A stretch of 61,635 nt of DNA, filler included, from Basidiobolus ranarum (taxonomy: Eukaryota): assembly GCA_040143965.1 (NCBI GenBank). It is 10 parts of 10 records of this genome, joined end to end, with 100 filler letters (N's around TTAATTAATTAA, not from the genome) between each part and the next. Parts side by side here need not be neighbours in the genome. Positions count along the whole stretch, not along the records: positions 18,548 to 24,624 come from JASJQH010001417.1; positions 24,725 to 30,800 come from JASJQH010001418.1; positions 30,901 to 36,974 come from JASJQH010001419.1; positions 37,075 to 43,146 come from JASJQH010001420.1; 6 more parts are not named here. One strand, given 5' to 3'. The position numbers and the translations under genes are program-made. Positions within the stretch are counted from its first letter, which is position 1; each line of letters begins with the position of its first letter. The notes beneath the pieces are model-generated. The model saw only the letters and a list, made by a program, of their open reading frames with translations, searched no databases and was not told the DNA's origin. Below are positions 23,971 through 38,935 of the stretch, in pieces.

Positions 23971-26900
23971 ACAGTTTAGGTTTTGAAATTAACGATACAG
24001 AATTTAATTTCCAATATCTTCTTAACCTTGGCAATGTTTAGCCAACCATTGTGGTTTCCACTCTGGGCAACCGAATATTGTAAAAAATGTAACGTCATTT
24101 GATTATTTAGATTGATCACACAGATACGCTGGGAAAGCTCAGATTATACTTATGATTGGAGAGTTCCCGATATTCACACAAATCATAGTATCTATACGAA
24201 AGCTTAATCATTTAATAAACCATGAATAATAATTAAACAAGAGTATATTATAGCTTCTGGGGAATAGTAACTGAGAAAGTGACAATGTTGTTGCCAATAC
24301 TATTTTACATACACATCAGTCGTATGGTAACACAACATTGATACTTACTACCAAGGTGCTGGATTTGCAGGTAACTGTTGCTGATGTATTTCCTGGTTCT
24401 ACCATTTCCAGTTGAAATACTAGTATGACTGAAGTGGAATTTTGGCCGTTGTGTGCTTGGGAAATACGATGCTACAACTACCCCTAACCCTACTCACTTG
24501 AATCGTTTGTATAAAAGTTGCTCAATGGAAACACTATCCAACTCATCTTTTCTCGGCTTCTTACTGTCAAACAATGAAATTCTCAGTTGCCGCTCTGCTT
24601 CTAACCGCCTTTGCAATGCCTTCCNNNNNNNNNNNNNNNNNNNNNNNNNNNNNNNNNNNNNNNNNNNNTTAATTAATTAANNNNNNNNNNNNNNNNNNNN
24701 NNNNNNNNNNNNNNNNNNNNNNNNAAGGAGTTGCGGCGCAGCATATCTAGAGCTGTCTACTCTATAGCATATGAAAGTGTTGATCATAATCCAAGCAAAA
24801 TCCATCGCAACCACGTTAGTATTTCGACTGTTTGCTAGACTGTAGAGATAATGTCTACAGCTAGCGGACACGCCATTGTAGTGAGCTCAAGCACTTCGAC
24901 TCGAGGCCGTTTCACCGATTCAAAGGAAGGGGCATCCAATTATGGAGTTACGATCAACACTCGATGAGCTTATCATATCAAGCTGCATGAGTTGCTGTTT
25001 TTCATTGGGTATATACACCATGACAAAATATCAAATACCAATTTAGTCAGATCATTGATAGTAATCGCTATCTGCCCACCTCTTCCCCATAACCTCTTTA
25101 CATAAAGCTCCCGTCATGTTTTCTTAAAGCTTAGATTTCAATTAACCCAATTTCCTGTCAATATATTCCAGGAAAGTCTAATCTTGACTTGGCAATACGT
25201 TTTGGTCCTTGCAAAAGCGGACATGTGCCATTGATATCTCAATAAAGTAATCTAGATTCAGACCGGCACAATAGACATGCCGCGGATACTCTCAACAACC
25301 GTAGCTACAACTCAGCTTTGATATAAAAACCAAAGCTCGCGAACTTAAGTCTAATCTTTAGGTCGAGCATGATTATTGCGCGTATCTGCCATCGAACATA
25401 CTTTTTGAGTCAAGAAGGCTTTAATGTTCTTAATATCGTAAAGGGTAGAATCCACCATGAAGATGACGTATTCCCCCGGAGTTTGTTGGCTACTGGAAAG
25501 AAAGTTGGAGCTTTGTCTGATGAACACGGAGCTTGTTGTGTCACTAACCATGGAGTGTTGGAGTTGAACCTTTTATAGAAAGTTATAACCAGTAGGGCCC
25601 ATACTAATCCACATCCGGTTACTAGAAATGAACATCAAATTTCCTATAAAAGACCAAGAATTCTTATGTAGAAGTCTTGATCGAAAAGAGAATATTAACC
25701 TTGAATTTGACATAATGTGACATAAAAAAGGGTACGTGATGGGTTGAAGGTTTAGGATAGTGTGTTCATTTTAATGTCTACATTACACAATAAGGCAATA
25801 AATTTATCAAACAATCATATTCTGTAAATGGTGAAACCGGCCCTAAAATCATGGTTATTCCACCAGTATTGAACTGAAGCCTAATGACCTTCAAGATCAG
25901 CATATATCTAACCTGTTTGGAGTAGTATTGTGATAATCTGTATTTACAGTGTTATGGGAAAATGGCATTACTTCAATATGCATGGTGCTAATACTTGGAC
26001 TGCTCTAGGGATTGGGAGCAGGTTTCTTTGCGGGTTTCTACCATAATATGGATCTGCATCAACGTTGTACCGCTTGTGTGTAGCAATACTATATATGTCG
26101 GGTATGCGAGTTTAGTATAGATAGATAGTGCTGTTAGTCGGTTCAGTTACTAGTGAGAATAGGAGAATAGACCCATGTATCAAGCCACTAGAAAGAGCTG
26201 CGAGATAAAATCATCCGATTGGAGATATCGCACTGGACCGTACAACTTAATTTTGGTATGTGTAAATCCACTTACGGTTAATCGAAGAGAGTGAGGTAAT
26301 GTAAATGCAGAAATAGTCTTACATTTTCTTTCTAGTACTCATATGTAGATATAGTTCAGGTTCTTTAGAGTGAAGATAATCAATGGCGAGTTTCTTCCGA
26401 TGGTCACTCGAAGAGATTTAGTAAAAAACCCGTTGCAGTTAAAACATCATAATAAATTTACAATTGAAATTTACTTTCAAAAATCAGTAAAATATGACAG
26501 GAAGAGGAGAAAGTGCAACTTTTAAAATTTCTTGTAGAATATATCCACAAGTGCTCTTTGAGGAAACTGTATGAAATAAACCACTATACTTCCCTGAGAA
26601 TCGTTAAGATACAGCCTTTTAGTTCGCTAAAGTAAATATAGAAATGGACCTCAGAAGGCAAGAGTTGAACTGAGTTCACTGATGCTGGCAATGCGCTTTC
26701 TATTCCACTCACTTCCTTCCCGTTGGCTACTTCTGGCCATCATCATACCTACAGAACCACATTTTTGGTCACTCTAGCGACCGGTTGAAGCGAACCATGG
26801 TTGCTAGTCGGTTTGCTACACTTAGGAATTCGTGTTCCTAATTCATCGAAAAACTAGAGACAATTGGCATAGAATAATTTAGAGGACAATATGATATGAT

Positions 26901-27077
26901 AGCTTTGGCAAGCTCAAAAGAATCGAGTTCATATCTGCAATACTGTATTCATAGTTCACAAATTTATTAACACATTTTCTGAGACTCAATTGATGTCTGA
27001 CAGAAGCTATATTGTCAACCATATGTTGCCGAATATGTATAGGAGTTAGATCGCCGTCTGATTTTGTAGATACTAAT

Positions 27078-28817
27078 TTAACAAGGTCGAGCGAAAGTGC
27101 TTTGTTCATTGTTGAATTGCATTTTTTGGTTACTGTCGTCGGGTTTGGCTCCGATACCTTCCGCATACGCTTCAGATTCAACTCGTGAGCTGGATTCCAA
27201 AACTTCCATAGTATGGATGATGTCATTGACCAAGCGATCCACCATTTCTTCAGTCAAACTTTCGCGTACGACCACACGAATGATTTCTTCATCATCACAT
27301 TTGGGTGGGAGTTTGTATGAAGGCAACATCCAATAACGCATTTGAAGCAATCCAGATACGGCCTTTTGACGTACATGTGGATTCGTTTTTTTGAAACTGT
27401 CGGATAGTTTGAATGCTACTAACGGAAGGCCTTCGTGGAAGTCTTCACTTCTCTTCACTTCTTTACCTTCTTCCTTCTTGATATGTATATTCGAAACTAC
27501 ATCGAAGTATCCCGATTTTTCCAGGGAAACGGAAAGCAATCTGGCATTTTGTAAGCACGTTTCCATAATCTCGGTGTATCCTTCGATGCCAAGTCGTAAG
27601 AAATTGTAATATTGTGAGATTACAAAGCAAGCTGGCCTAGAGAAATTCAGTGTGAAGGTTTTTTCAGTACCACCTAGGTAATCCATCTCGAAAATCAAAT
27701 CCTTGGGAAGATATTCCTCACCACGCCACAAAACCCAACCAACCCCCTGTCAAAGCCTATCATTAGTTCAAGTCAAAGGAGGACTAGAGTTCGCTCAGTA
27801 GCTTACCGGGTAACTGAGTCCAAATTTGTGACCACTAGCATTGATGCTAACAACTTTAGGTATGTCAAATGACCACTTTAAATTTGGAAAGGCGAAGGGG
27901 GCGATGAAAGCTCCAGATGCGCCATCCACATGAATTGGTATATAGTTACCAGTTTTCTTTTCGTATTCATCTAGCAGCCCGGCAAGGCGTTCAATGGGTT
28001 CGAAATGGCCAGTGAATGTTGATCCCAAAATCGCCTTAGTAATAGGAAATATCAGTATCTGTTTGTGAAAGGTGGGTTGGAACTAGGATGACTCACATAT
28101 ACACCTATGGTATTTTCATCACATAATTTCACTACTTCTTCGGGATCAGAGACATAGTTGGATTGTTCACTGATATTTACAATTCTTGGTTCAACATCGA
28201 AATACCTAGCAAACTTCTCCAAAGCAATTTGTGCATTCGCTCCAAAAACAATGTTAGGCTTTGAGGTATCTTTTCCGTCCTTTTCACGACGCTCCTTCCA
28301 CTTCCATTTCATTGCTAGTCCACCCAGCATGACACCTTCGGAAGAGCCTACTGTAGCGGTTCCAATGGCTTGATGATCTTTAGGGATATTCCAAAGGTGG
28401 GACAGAATAGATATACATCTTTCATGAATCATCTGGGTTCCAGTAAGCTCCTCTTGATTGACGAAGTTTTTTGATAAAGCATCCATGATTAGTTTGTCTG
28501 CTTCAGGGTCCATCCAAGTAGTAAGAAAAGTAGCGCAATTCATCAAGGGTCTTCCATCAAGCTCCATATCATCCCGACAAATACGATATACTACGCTGGC
28601 TGAGGTGGATTTTTCCGGCATTTTGAACTAAAATCAGAATGGTCAGTATTCAGAACGAAGGGGGTGAATAAAGGGGAGAAGAAACCTTGGGAATCCCTTC
28701 CGAAGCGTATCTAGTCCCGTATGCGAAGGAATGCATATGAGGCTCCTCACGGACCACAACACCTTTCCGTGCTTCTTCCACCAGTTTTTCTGGGTCGATG
28801 TGTTTTGCTAAAGACAT
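27078..28817 (-). CDS. GAD1: Glutamate decarboxylase, 4 exons
   Basis: [76 protein letters not shown] (PLP Lys); FTLNFSRP. Confidence 0.95.
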
Positions 28818-30723
28818 GGTATTATTTTGCTGTTGCTCCTACCATGCAGTACTCTTATAAAGCTCTCACACCATTCAAAACCATCCAACGTCACCATATT
28901 ACGAGTATCCCAAATAAGTTAACTTACAAGGTTGTTCTATACGTAACCATAGCTCCGCATCGGTCAGAGCCAAAAAGGGATAGCATGAAAAATGAATCCC
29001 GATATTAATTATACATGAGCACAGCTGACGTTGCAAATCCGATTTAATCGAACTATATAAATAACTGTATACTTGAAAGCAAGGATCGCACACTAACCAG
29101 TCACTTAACTCTTTAATGCACAAGTTAATTGGATATCAAGAGCAAGTAGGAATTGTGCAGCTCTGATGTAAGAACGTCAGCACAGCATGCTGAAAATACT
29201 TACCATTCAAGGGGCCAAGCCTGTAGATGATTGCTCATGCTATTTACCATTTGGGCTTAGGAGACTCAATTTAGAATCAGTCAATAAATCTACCCCACGA
29301 TTTGCATAGCTTTTCAATTTCATCAATGACGTTTGCCGATGCTTTAGTGGTAAACTTTCACTTCGATTCCATAGCTACGATCTGAGGAATATAGGAGAGC
29401 CCCATTGTTAAGAGCCTAAAACAGAAAGAAGCAATATTTGGGACCAGTAATATCGAACTAAAGCAGTTGGAACCATGTTAATGACAGGTCTTTATTCACT
29501 CCAACCAGTTGCCTGTTTAAATGAATACACGATTCAATTCTTGTACAAACCCATGTCCTAGGATCATATAGTAGACTTAGCTGTTATGCCCCTTGCAAAT
29601 GTACCAGTAAGAGATACCAGGAAGAATGTATGTTCTCCGTTATTACGGTTGTATAGGGATGCAGAAAGGGTCTATTATTACTATTAAGCTGCCTATACGC
29701 TGGATTGCCTCTTTTGAGGATTGCTGAATTTCAAGTTGTCCGTACAGTATCCCGAGAAGATGTGCTCTACATGCCAGCAGAGATACAGAATCGTCAACTG
29801 ATAACAAGTCTATTGTATTTCTCCGGGATAACCCAAAGAACATAGAGTGCATTCTACAAAGCAGTTACTGGCATTTCTATATTGCTATATGGAGTGCTAA
29901 TACATATGCTAGCGCTCATATCTGACTTCTAATTTCAGGTTGACGTTTCTAAAGTAGCCTATGACTAGATTTGTGGGCCTAGCAGTCGCATTGCTATTTT
30001 TATGATCAAAGTCTAACACTAGCTGCTTGGTCAGTCATTTCACTATCAGCTGCAATCAGAATTAAAATTTTTGAATTTATTATTCCCTATTATGTTTGTG
30101 GTGCCTGGTTGAAGCTTGTTGTGGCCTTTATCAAGTTTGTTATCCCTATCTTTATATACGGAACTATTCCCGATATCACATCTAAGTTAGTTAACATCAT
30201 TTCATTGAATATGACATCTGAGAATTGGAACAAGTCTTTAGTGTATATGTGAATTGACTATGAATCTGCAATGTTATACTTGAAATTTCAAAGCAGTCTA
30301 AATCAACCCCAAATTATCTCATTTAGCCTGCACTGATGTTCTTAACAGAACTCCTTTGTTTCTTTTCTGTATCTCAACTCAAAGGTATAGTTACTAATTA
30401 ATTACAACGCTATATTTCCAGCATGCTCCCAAATTACTTTAATAGCTAGATACAAGGTAGGTGTTTCTGATGTGAGATGTGGGGCAAATATTTGAAGCGG
30501 TTTGGAGAACTACAGAAATGGGGGGGGGTTTTCATTTATTGACAAACATTTAGAATGTGTTGAGAAAAGTTCAATAAGTAACCCAGCAATATTCAGCAAA
30601 CCAGTACGCTGTCCAAACTCAGAGCAGATAGCTACTACATATAAAATTCATCATTAAGTAGTGATCTCGAAATTGTTGAAATTAGTATTGAGAAACTTGA
30701 ACTATATCTATTCCAGCACTTGT

Positions 30724-30800
30724 TGTTGAAATTAGCATTGCCTAAACACCTATATAGTCATATATAGCTTAGTACTTAGTTATCTTATAATTCACTAAGA
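30724..30800 (+). mobile_element. 5' end of a family-A LTR at contig end
   Basis: TGTTGAAATTAGCATTGCCTAAACACC...TTCACTAAGA, nearly identical to 49864-49940. Confidence 0.8.
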
Positions 30801-31143
30801 NNNNNNNNNNNNNNNNNNNNNNNNNNNNNNNNNNNNNNNNNNNNTTAATTAATTAANNNNNNNNNNNNNNNNNNNNNNNNNNNNNNNNNNNNNNNNNNNN
30901 GAGTGAACCAGCTGTCTTGAGTTGCTTGCTGATCATGGCCTTTGGCAACAACCAACTTCAAGCGCCTATGGATAATAGTGGGTTGATAATAGTGTTGATA
31001 ATAGTGTTGATTCTTTCAAAGATTGAGGGTAATTCTAAATTGGAATACCTTTATTAGGAAACTCCGAATTATTACATGATCAGCTGGTTTTTTTAGAATA
31101 TATCATTAAGAGTTTTAGTTCTGGGAGAATCGGTGCGATTATC

Positions 31144-33427
31144 ATGTCAACCATATCCAGGCTCTTGTTGCGTTCGCGAAGAAACCCAGTTTTTGTGTCG
31201 CATTCAATATCTATAGTTCACAAAAATGTACCTGGTCCAGGAATATTGTTTTCTAGGGCATATTCCTCTAATAAACCGGACACAGAACCTTTTACAACTG
31301 ACGAAAATGAAGGAAGAACTGGTGTTCTAGGGTCGATACTCACTGGCTTGTCGGATAAAATTGGAGTTGGAGATAATCAGGTATTTCTCTTTAATTTGAA
31401 AAGTGTTTATTCTTGCTACTAACCATCGTCTCCAATTGAAGTTTGCTTCTGGAGGCTTTCAATTAGCACTTCTCGGTGGGGTGGTAGCGTAAGTGTAGCA
31501 AGCAACCTTTCAATTAGTGGACGTTGTTTAATACAAAATGGAATGTTATTCTTAGTGGAGCAAAAGTGCTGGGGGCATACGCATATGAATATCTTAAGCG
31601 CAACTATATCACTACTGCTGGTAATATGATTATTAGTCACTTTTGTTGAGCCTTTCTAACAAAATTTTATCAAAGAATTTGACAGTCGAGACGAATCTTA
31701 CAGTTGGATATTGGTGGGTATTTATTATTGGCTAGTTAGTTGCGATCAACGTGACTCAACCCATTTCAACTTTAGAACTGGCTGAACGACCATCCATATA
31801 GCAAACAAGCGACAAGGTTTTCAGTGGCGACAACAATCTCACGAACAGGCCAGAAGATTACTGGGCAAGTGAAATAAATTATGCTCTCCGAACATAGGAT
31901 GTTGATTGATTTTCTAATCCTCTTGTTTTTAGTGAGGGTGAGGACTCGGTTCCTGTCTATTTGCTCCCATCACCGGGAATGCATTTTTTTACCTATAAAG
32001 GGCAATTATTGTGGTTGTCTCGTGAACGGATCAAGCCTTCCGCTGTAGTATCCAATATCACTGCCGGTAATCATATTGAAAGCATCAGTATTTCTGCCTT
32101 GGGTCGTTGTCGTGGGGTGCTTCAAGAATTGGTGCTTGAAGCGAAAGATAAATTTATAGAACGCGACACTTCTCGTACTGTTGTATTTGCTGCTGATCAA
32201 TACGGGTATTTACCAATTCTTCTTCTAGCCATATACTAGCTTTCACTAAGTTGTCCGTATTTGTATTGATATAGTACCTGGAGAAGAACTCGCTCACGGC
32301 CTCGCAGGTACAGCTAAAGTATACTTTATCTATATAGTCCACTTCAAACGCTAAATTATTGAAGACCACTCGATTCAATTGTCTTGGAGAGTGGGCTCAA
32401 ATCTTTCCTTGTTCAAGATGCTGGAGAGTTTCTTAGTAGCGAAACTTGGTATTCAGATCGAGGCATTCCCTACAGGTTCGATTACAATTGTATTACTTGT
32501 AATTCAATAGATTTAACCATATGCAAATAGACGCGGCTACTTACTTTATGGTACACCCGGGAGTGGTAAAACATCGTTTATTCACGCCTTAGCCGGTGAG
32601 CTTGGCTTAAACATATATGTTGTCAACCTTGCCAACAAGTCCCTTACGGATGACACCCTGACCGAGCTAGTTACTGATACCCCCACCAGGTACTGATCTC
32701 CCTGCTAGTTATTTGTGCCACTTGTTTTGTTCTCATCAAAACCTATAGATGTATTTTGCTTATTGAGGATGTAGATGCAGCTTTTGTTCATCGCGACAAA
32801 AACTCTGGCCAAAATAACATCACTTTCTCCGGTATGTATATTTGCTGAAATTCAGAGTAAATGCATTGGTAATTAAATTGCTCCAACTAGGTTTACTGAA
32901 CGCAATAGACGGAGTGGCGGCTCAGGTTGGTATTTCAAGGACTCCTTAAATATTCTTTCCCTTGATTCTGACCTATCGTTATAAATTCTTTAGGAAGGTC
33001 GCTTGCTTTGTATGACCACCAAGTAAGTACTATATCTGCTATATCTCGAGAGCGTTGGTTAACTGAGCTGTATCTCAGTCATATAGATCACTTGGACCCA
33101 GCATTGATTAGACCTGGGCGTATTGACGTTCGCGCCTATTTCGGTACCGCAACAAGTGAACAAGCTCGTGAGCTATTCGAAAGGTTCTACCCTATTGATT
33201 CAGTAAATCCGGATTTGAATCGTGAGCAGCAACAAGGACTAGCTCAGAAATTTTCAGAGATCATTCCCAATCGAGCCTTCTCAATGGCTCAACTTCAAGG
33301 TTTTCTGATGAGCTATAAGAAGCGACCAAACGCAGCCATCGAGAATGCGGTAAACTTTGTTCAAAGAGGAGGAAAGGGCTTAAGTGAAAGTGATTTCGGC
33401 GATGAAGAACAGCAGTCTAAGGAATGA
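31144..33427 (+). CDS. BCS1: Mitochondrial chaperone BCS1 (AAA ATPase), multi-exon
   Basis: Arg/Ser-rich presequence, [83 protein letters not shown]. Confidence 0.93.
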
Positions 33428-33731
33428 AGTACTGCAATTGTGGATGCATATTTGCAAACATCAACGTTTTTTCAGGAATCTCGTCATATTTCTTAATTTC
33501 AATTTCAACTAGAATCATTCCGTAGAACACATACATACACATACAGTGCCATCGAACCTTTCCAATAAAGGAAATATTTACACCCTTTGTACACAGTCAA
33601 GCATCACCAGTTTATTAGATATACACCATGTCAGGAAGAAAAATTAAATCTTATTTAAGTGAGAAGCGGTATAGATTATGGTGGTATTTTATCAAGTAAA
33701 AGTTTGGAGCGTAGAGCACCATTTTGTTTAG

Positions 33732-35338
33732 CTAATAATAGGCACCAGAAAGTAGATATTCTCCTGAGGGTTCACCAGAATCTGTGGTATTAAACGAGTG
33801 TTTTGGTATATGAAAAGGTTTTGCATCCAAGACACTACGACCTCCTGGTATGAGGGTGGTTAATTCGGCTTTTGATGGTACAGGCTGGTAGGCAACCTAA
33901 ACAATGTTCAGTGTTATGAAACCCAATCGTGACTAAAACAGTACATTTTGGAAATACATACTGTATCATTGATTCTCTTGTACAAGGAATACAATTCTTT
34001 AACACTCTCCAACTCTCTTTCGGCGTGAAGGGCTACAGCATCACTTTTTGAATGCTTACTAAGGTTTCCCAAAGATTCTTTAGCCTCTTTGATAAAGCCT
34101 ACAGAATGACCAACCTTCCTATAGTGTAATGGACTCTTAGAAAAAGAATTCAAGTACAATGGGATAAATTTACAACTTACTGGCTGTCATAAGCGTCAAT
34201 GGCCAAGTATTTTTTGGCAATTGCCTGAGTAAAGAGATTTACTATTGAGCGTATTAGAAAATAACCAACATCGAATGTATGTCTAACCTGGTGATAGATG
34301 ATTCCATCTGCAACATATTTCTTAAATACACTACATATGACATGTTTAGGAAGACTGTTGATTAATCCCATTGAAAATTCGTAATTGTTTGCTACCCCGA
34401 TGGTAAGTTTGGCAAGTAAACTATGGGAACTTTTGCGCTGTAGTGCACGACGAATTGCAATACTTTGAGCATCTGCTAATGTTACTCTAAACGAAAGTAT
34501 TAATAGGGCTGAGAATGTCTTAGCATTGACTGTATATATGAATCCCAAACCTAGCTAAGGCAGTAATGGCTTCTCGGGTGCAATCGATAGGTTTCTCAGG
34601 ACTATTCCACTTGGGGCAAATATTCTCAGAGATATAGTTAAAAACTCCCGAAGCTTTGCAAAGAAGTTCAGCAGCCTTTATATTGGTTCCATATAAATGG
34701 TTAGTTGGATAACAGAAATAGCTCTATACTGTATACACCATACCGTATTTAACTTTGTTTCGTCTTGGTTGAGTTTGACTTCATTTTGAAATATATAAGT
34801 TGCCCAGTTGGAGAGAACGAATCCGTACGTTAAGAGGGTATAAGCTAATTCGTAGTAGATCGACTGACAAGTAACTTTGGGTTTCTTCATATTTTTGAAG
34901 TTTTGCATCATGGGTGGCCTCACATCATACGTTAATATGCAACGCCAAGTGAACTCTAATTGTGCATAAAGGAGTTAACCAAATAAAGAGGATGTTAAAT
35001 ATACATAATCCTTACCAAGGTTTCCGCTGACCTCAATGTTTTGTTCTTCTATTGCCCACACTAAACCTAGCACAGAGGGTAAATAATCCTCAATCGCCTA
35101 TAGATAGATTATCATATTAGTAAAAAAGTGGGGAGAAAGATTCAATAGCTCCTATCACTTGTAGTAATTTTGGGTAGTCAACAACGGTGGATTTTCGTGC
35201 GGCTTTTAATAATCCACGTAATCGTTCACGAAGTCCTGTGGCTTCATTAATGTGACTAGCATACGGTGAGTTATCTGCTTTAATGAAGCTGGTAAACGAA
35301 AGTGAGGACAAAGAAGGAAAATCAAAAGGGAAGCTCAT
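33732..35338 (-). CDS. PalC-like Bro1-domain pH-response protein, multi-exon
   Basis: MSFPFDFPSLSSLSF start, EDYLP, FTWR, IYYELAYTLLTYG, KRINDTVAYQ..IPGGRSV, C-terminal GAYY-stop; layout resembles fungal PalC. Confidence 0.7.
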
Positions 35339-35870
35339 TTGCCTCGGTCTGTACTGACAGACAAAACAAGGTTTGTTAAAGTTGGTGTCTTGAAAGGTCA
35401 GGATAATAATAGTTGCATAATCAGCAACTAGACATGCCCTCATTTAGAATACATCCAGTGAATTTACATAAATAGCATTAGATGATGGGTTGTTTGTATT
35501 ATGTTCATTTCCTATAAGTTTGCTTAAACAATTGCATATTGAGATTCCCTGCAATTTGATTAATAATTCTGGATCTCTTGCAACCGGAAATACTGCTGGT
35601 AATACTTGTAGACATTCCATTAATAATGCTAGTGACTACTGTGACGGTTAAATGTAAGAAGCTTCAATGACTCATAAAATGATTAATCACAGTGTATATT
35701 TCTGCGAGTATCAAGAGCGTTTCTTTGGCTAATTACAATAGAAGCTGTTAATCTTTATTAATTGAAATCCATTTTTAGAACAGTATCAACCGCAACCGCA
35801 ACCGCAATCGAGTTCTACGTGTCTAACAGCATAAAACCACCTGGTGGGTTCATACGGATTTTCTTGAACT

Positions 35871-36974
35871 TCAATTACAAGTTGAACCAAAGTAACTACT
35901 ACCTACTAATAGAATTACGTGTAGCGCAATAAGCTTGAGATTTGGAGATGAACTCGTCCTGTGGAAAATCATTAGTAGTAGTCACGCTGAAGATTGAAGC
36001 GAAACATGCCACTTACAAGTAGAAATCGGATAGAGTGCAAAGGAGAATTGGATAGAAGATAAACGGATTTGGTGAGAATGGATGGCAAATTACCATTGAG
36101 CTAGCCACCTACGGAACCATTGAACCATTTAGTAATCAGCTCTCTTAGTTGGCATTTGAAATCATACCTTGGCAATAGCTATGAACATCTTGGCATTCGT
36201 CAGTATTTTAATGAAATTCAAAATCATAGAAAGGGTTGTTTCTCGAACAGGGGGAAGGAGAAGCTTTGTTCTACAGCTGTCATCACTGTCAGACTGAGGA
36301 TTATGAGTTGTCAGCCTATTAAAACGCAGCTATTCATTACTACTTACTTCTGTATCATCTGACGCATTGGCTCTAATGTCATCGAATCTATACTTCTCGG
36401 ACCTAGCATTGTGCCAAGCGTTTAAGTACGAATCTCTAGCATTTTGTACTTGAACAGGCTACGCTTACCTTCTCTTTCGTTGATCTAATTTTCTGGACAT
36501 GGTTTGAGCAATGTCAACATCGGAAGGAATTTTGGTGATTTGGGGCTTCTTTGGTGTATTTTGACTATCAGTTCCCTGTCAAGTACAATAACATCATTAA
36601 AGTGTTTACTAACTGTCTCTTGCTTTCGCAGATCGGATCGAGGGGTACCGGTCTAATACACAACATCAATAAACGGTCCACACGAAACGATATACTGTAC
36701 TAACCTCGCTTGGGTTTAGTGATGCCTTGAAAGACCCATGAAGTGACCATTGATCCAGGATATCATCGATTGAGGGTCTACGCCGGGGATTTAGGGATAG
36801 TAATTGCCGAATCAAGTCATGCAATTCATGAGGTATATCATCACGCACAAAATCAGGGTATTTGTTGGGAAACTCAATCCTACAAAAGTTGTTAGTAAAT
36901 TCACATACAAATGCCCTTGGTAGCCGATTGCTCCATAATATTGCACTCTGCTCTTACTTTTGTAGCCCCAAAAC
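35871..36974 (-). CDS. Ser/Thr protein kinase C-terminus, IKS1-like, with C-terminal hydrophobic segments
   Basis: ELHDLIRQLLSLNPRRRPSIDDIL (subdomain XI); later exon CHPFSPNPFIFYPILLCTLSD; spliced stop at 35871-35873. Confidence 0.6.
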
Positions 36975-37748
36975 NNNNNNNNNNNNNNNNNNNNNNNNNN
37001 NNNNNNNNNNNNNNNNNNTTAATTAATTAANNNNNNNNNNNNNNNNNNNNNNNNNNNNNNNNNNNNNNNNNNNNATTGGGCTTTGCTAGTGATTGATCGG
37101 TTTTGTGGTTTTCTTGGAATCCGCTGCCTCTCAATTCCGTATAAGAAGCATCATGATTAGGGGATAGTGGATTTGATGTAGCATTCGTAACCTCATTCTC
37201 TCTTTGTATTCTCTTTAACTAAGATAACTCTTTCATTGTATTTTCTCATATTGCAACTCTTGTAACTTTTTTATTTGAAAAGTGCCGCCTTTGGTTCACC
37301 AGTCTTTATGAATATATCTTAACAATCATTCACTGATCGCTTGCATATATCTCTTATCACTCTAATAAAGTACCATCTTTACTGATACATCTGTTGGTGG
37401 CTTAGTTTCCCTATTTTCTGCGAATGTCCACTATCATATGCAAGGATTATCCGTCATACATAGGGTTCACATAGCTCCATATTTATCCGACCGTCACGTG
37501 AAATATCGGAACAAATCATAATGACGGGAAATTGACATGTAGATTGAATTAACCCCAAACCACATAGACACTGTAATTGGGGAAAAAGGAATTTTTGGGA
37601 TGATCATTCGCTGGGGAAGGTGGGGGGAGGTAGATTTGGTAGGGTATTGTAACTTCAGAAATTTATTGTAATAACGATCTTTGAACCTTGACCTGGTCTT
37701 GTATAGAAAACTCGAACCTTTCTTTAACACTTGCAAAAAAAATTCAAG

Positions 37749-38074
37749 ATGAGCTTCTTCGGTCTTCGTGCATGGTCTACTCCAGTTTTCCGTCCTATGT
37801 TCCCTTTCTTCGCTGGAGGTGTTATCACTTTCTTCTTGGTAGCTAAACTTCAGAACGCTATGATTCAAGGTATTTTTTTCTTTTTCGAATGAGCACCATT
37901 TCAATGAGAGTTGAAAAGTTGAATATTAATTACTCGGATTATTTCATTAGCTCCTGAATATGCCAACGACCCTCGTAACCCTTTGGGTAAGTGTTGTTTT
38001 TGAAAATGGTTGGGTCAATTTCAACTAATTTCTCCTTTTCTTTTCTAGCCAAAGCTAAGCAAAGCGCTCATTAA
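37749..38074 (+). CDS. ATP18: ATP synthase subunit i/j, 3 exons (37749-37869, 37951-37986, 38049-38074)
   Basis: Spliced: MSFFGLRAWSTPVFRPMFPFFAGGVITFFLVAKLQNAMIQAPEYANDPRNPLAKAKQSAH. PFF and NDPRNP motifs; absent from the ORF track. Confidence 0.92.
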
Positions 38075-38413
38075 AAACTGAGAGATTATAATTTACAGCA
38101 TTAGTTCAGTAACTTAGCATATGTTTAGGAAATTAAAATAACATGTTTTCTTTTCGACCTACATCACTACAATAAATTTATGAAAAATAAGAGAACAGTG
38201 TGCATCAAAGGGATTACTTTTATTCCAAGACACGAAACATACGTTCATATAGAAGTAAAGTTTATCCTTAAAAGAGTTCGCTGTAACTGTAGTTCGTTAA
38301 ATCATATGGAAAGTGATAAATATTGAATCTTACTCAATATTACTCTTTTTGAAAATAACATTTAGTGTAATTTATTCTATGGAATTTTTAGGTTATCTCT
38401 TTTTTCAATAATT

Positions 38414-38935
38414 ATGTCAAAAAAACTAAAGCTTCTTTATGAACAATCGTCATAATATAGAAATTGGAGGTTTAGTGAGAAATAGTTACAGGAGATAAGA
38501 CAACAAAGTAACCAAGCCTCTATTGAACGAGTAAAAACCAATCTGGAAGAAGTGGTAGATTCACTTCATTTTATGTTCAACCAACTTGGAGCCAGTTTTA
38601 ACCTCTAACTTAATATGAGGGGGTATTCTTCGTCTTTGAAACAATTAGGAGATAATCCACAAAGTAATAGTGAACAAATGAAATATTTCAACGTTCATGA
38701 TGAGTTGGCGTTAGTGGGTTTTTATGAAACCAAAGTAAGGGACTTGTGTAAAGCTTTTCAATTTCCAAACGAAGTGAAAATAACTTCCCAAGAAATTTCC
38801 CCTCCAAAATAGTGACCAAAAACTCACGAAAGGATTTCTTTATATTATTCGTAAGGCTACTGCAATCACTTATATGAAACGTTTCTTTCCGTATAATACG
38901 GTGATGGATTTCCATCCAAAGACCATCATGTATTT
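38414..38935 (+). pseudogene. Cyclin H (Ccl1/Mcs2) pseudogene, 3' truncated
   Basis: LYEQSS*YRNWRFSEK*L (stops 38453, 38483), DELALVGFYETKV, KATAITYMKRFF.YNTVMDFHPKTIM. Confidence 0.82.

Noticed and set aside
25200-25580. Short ORF with TATA-like upstream sequence and faint resemblance to a DyP peroxidase N-terminus
   Set aside because: No diagnostic motif recoverable; probably a decayed gene, but unidentifiable without a search.
30970-31012. 12-bp tandem repeat ATAATAGTGTTG x3
   Set aside because: Ordinary slippage repeat with no evident function.
37494-37904. 136-aa minus-strand ORF
   Set aside because: Overlaps the well-supported ATP18 gene in antisense and has no motif.
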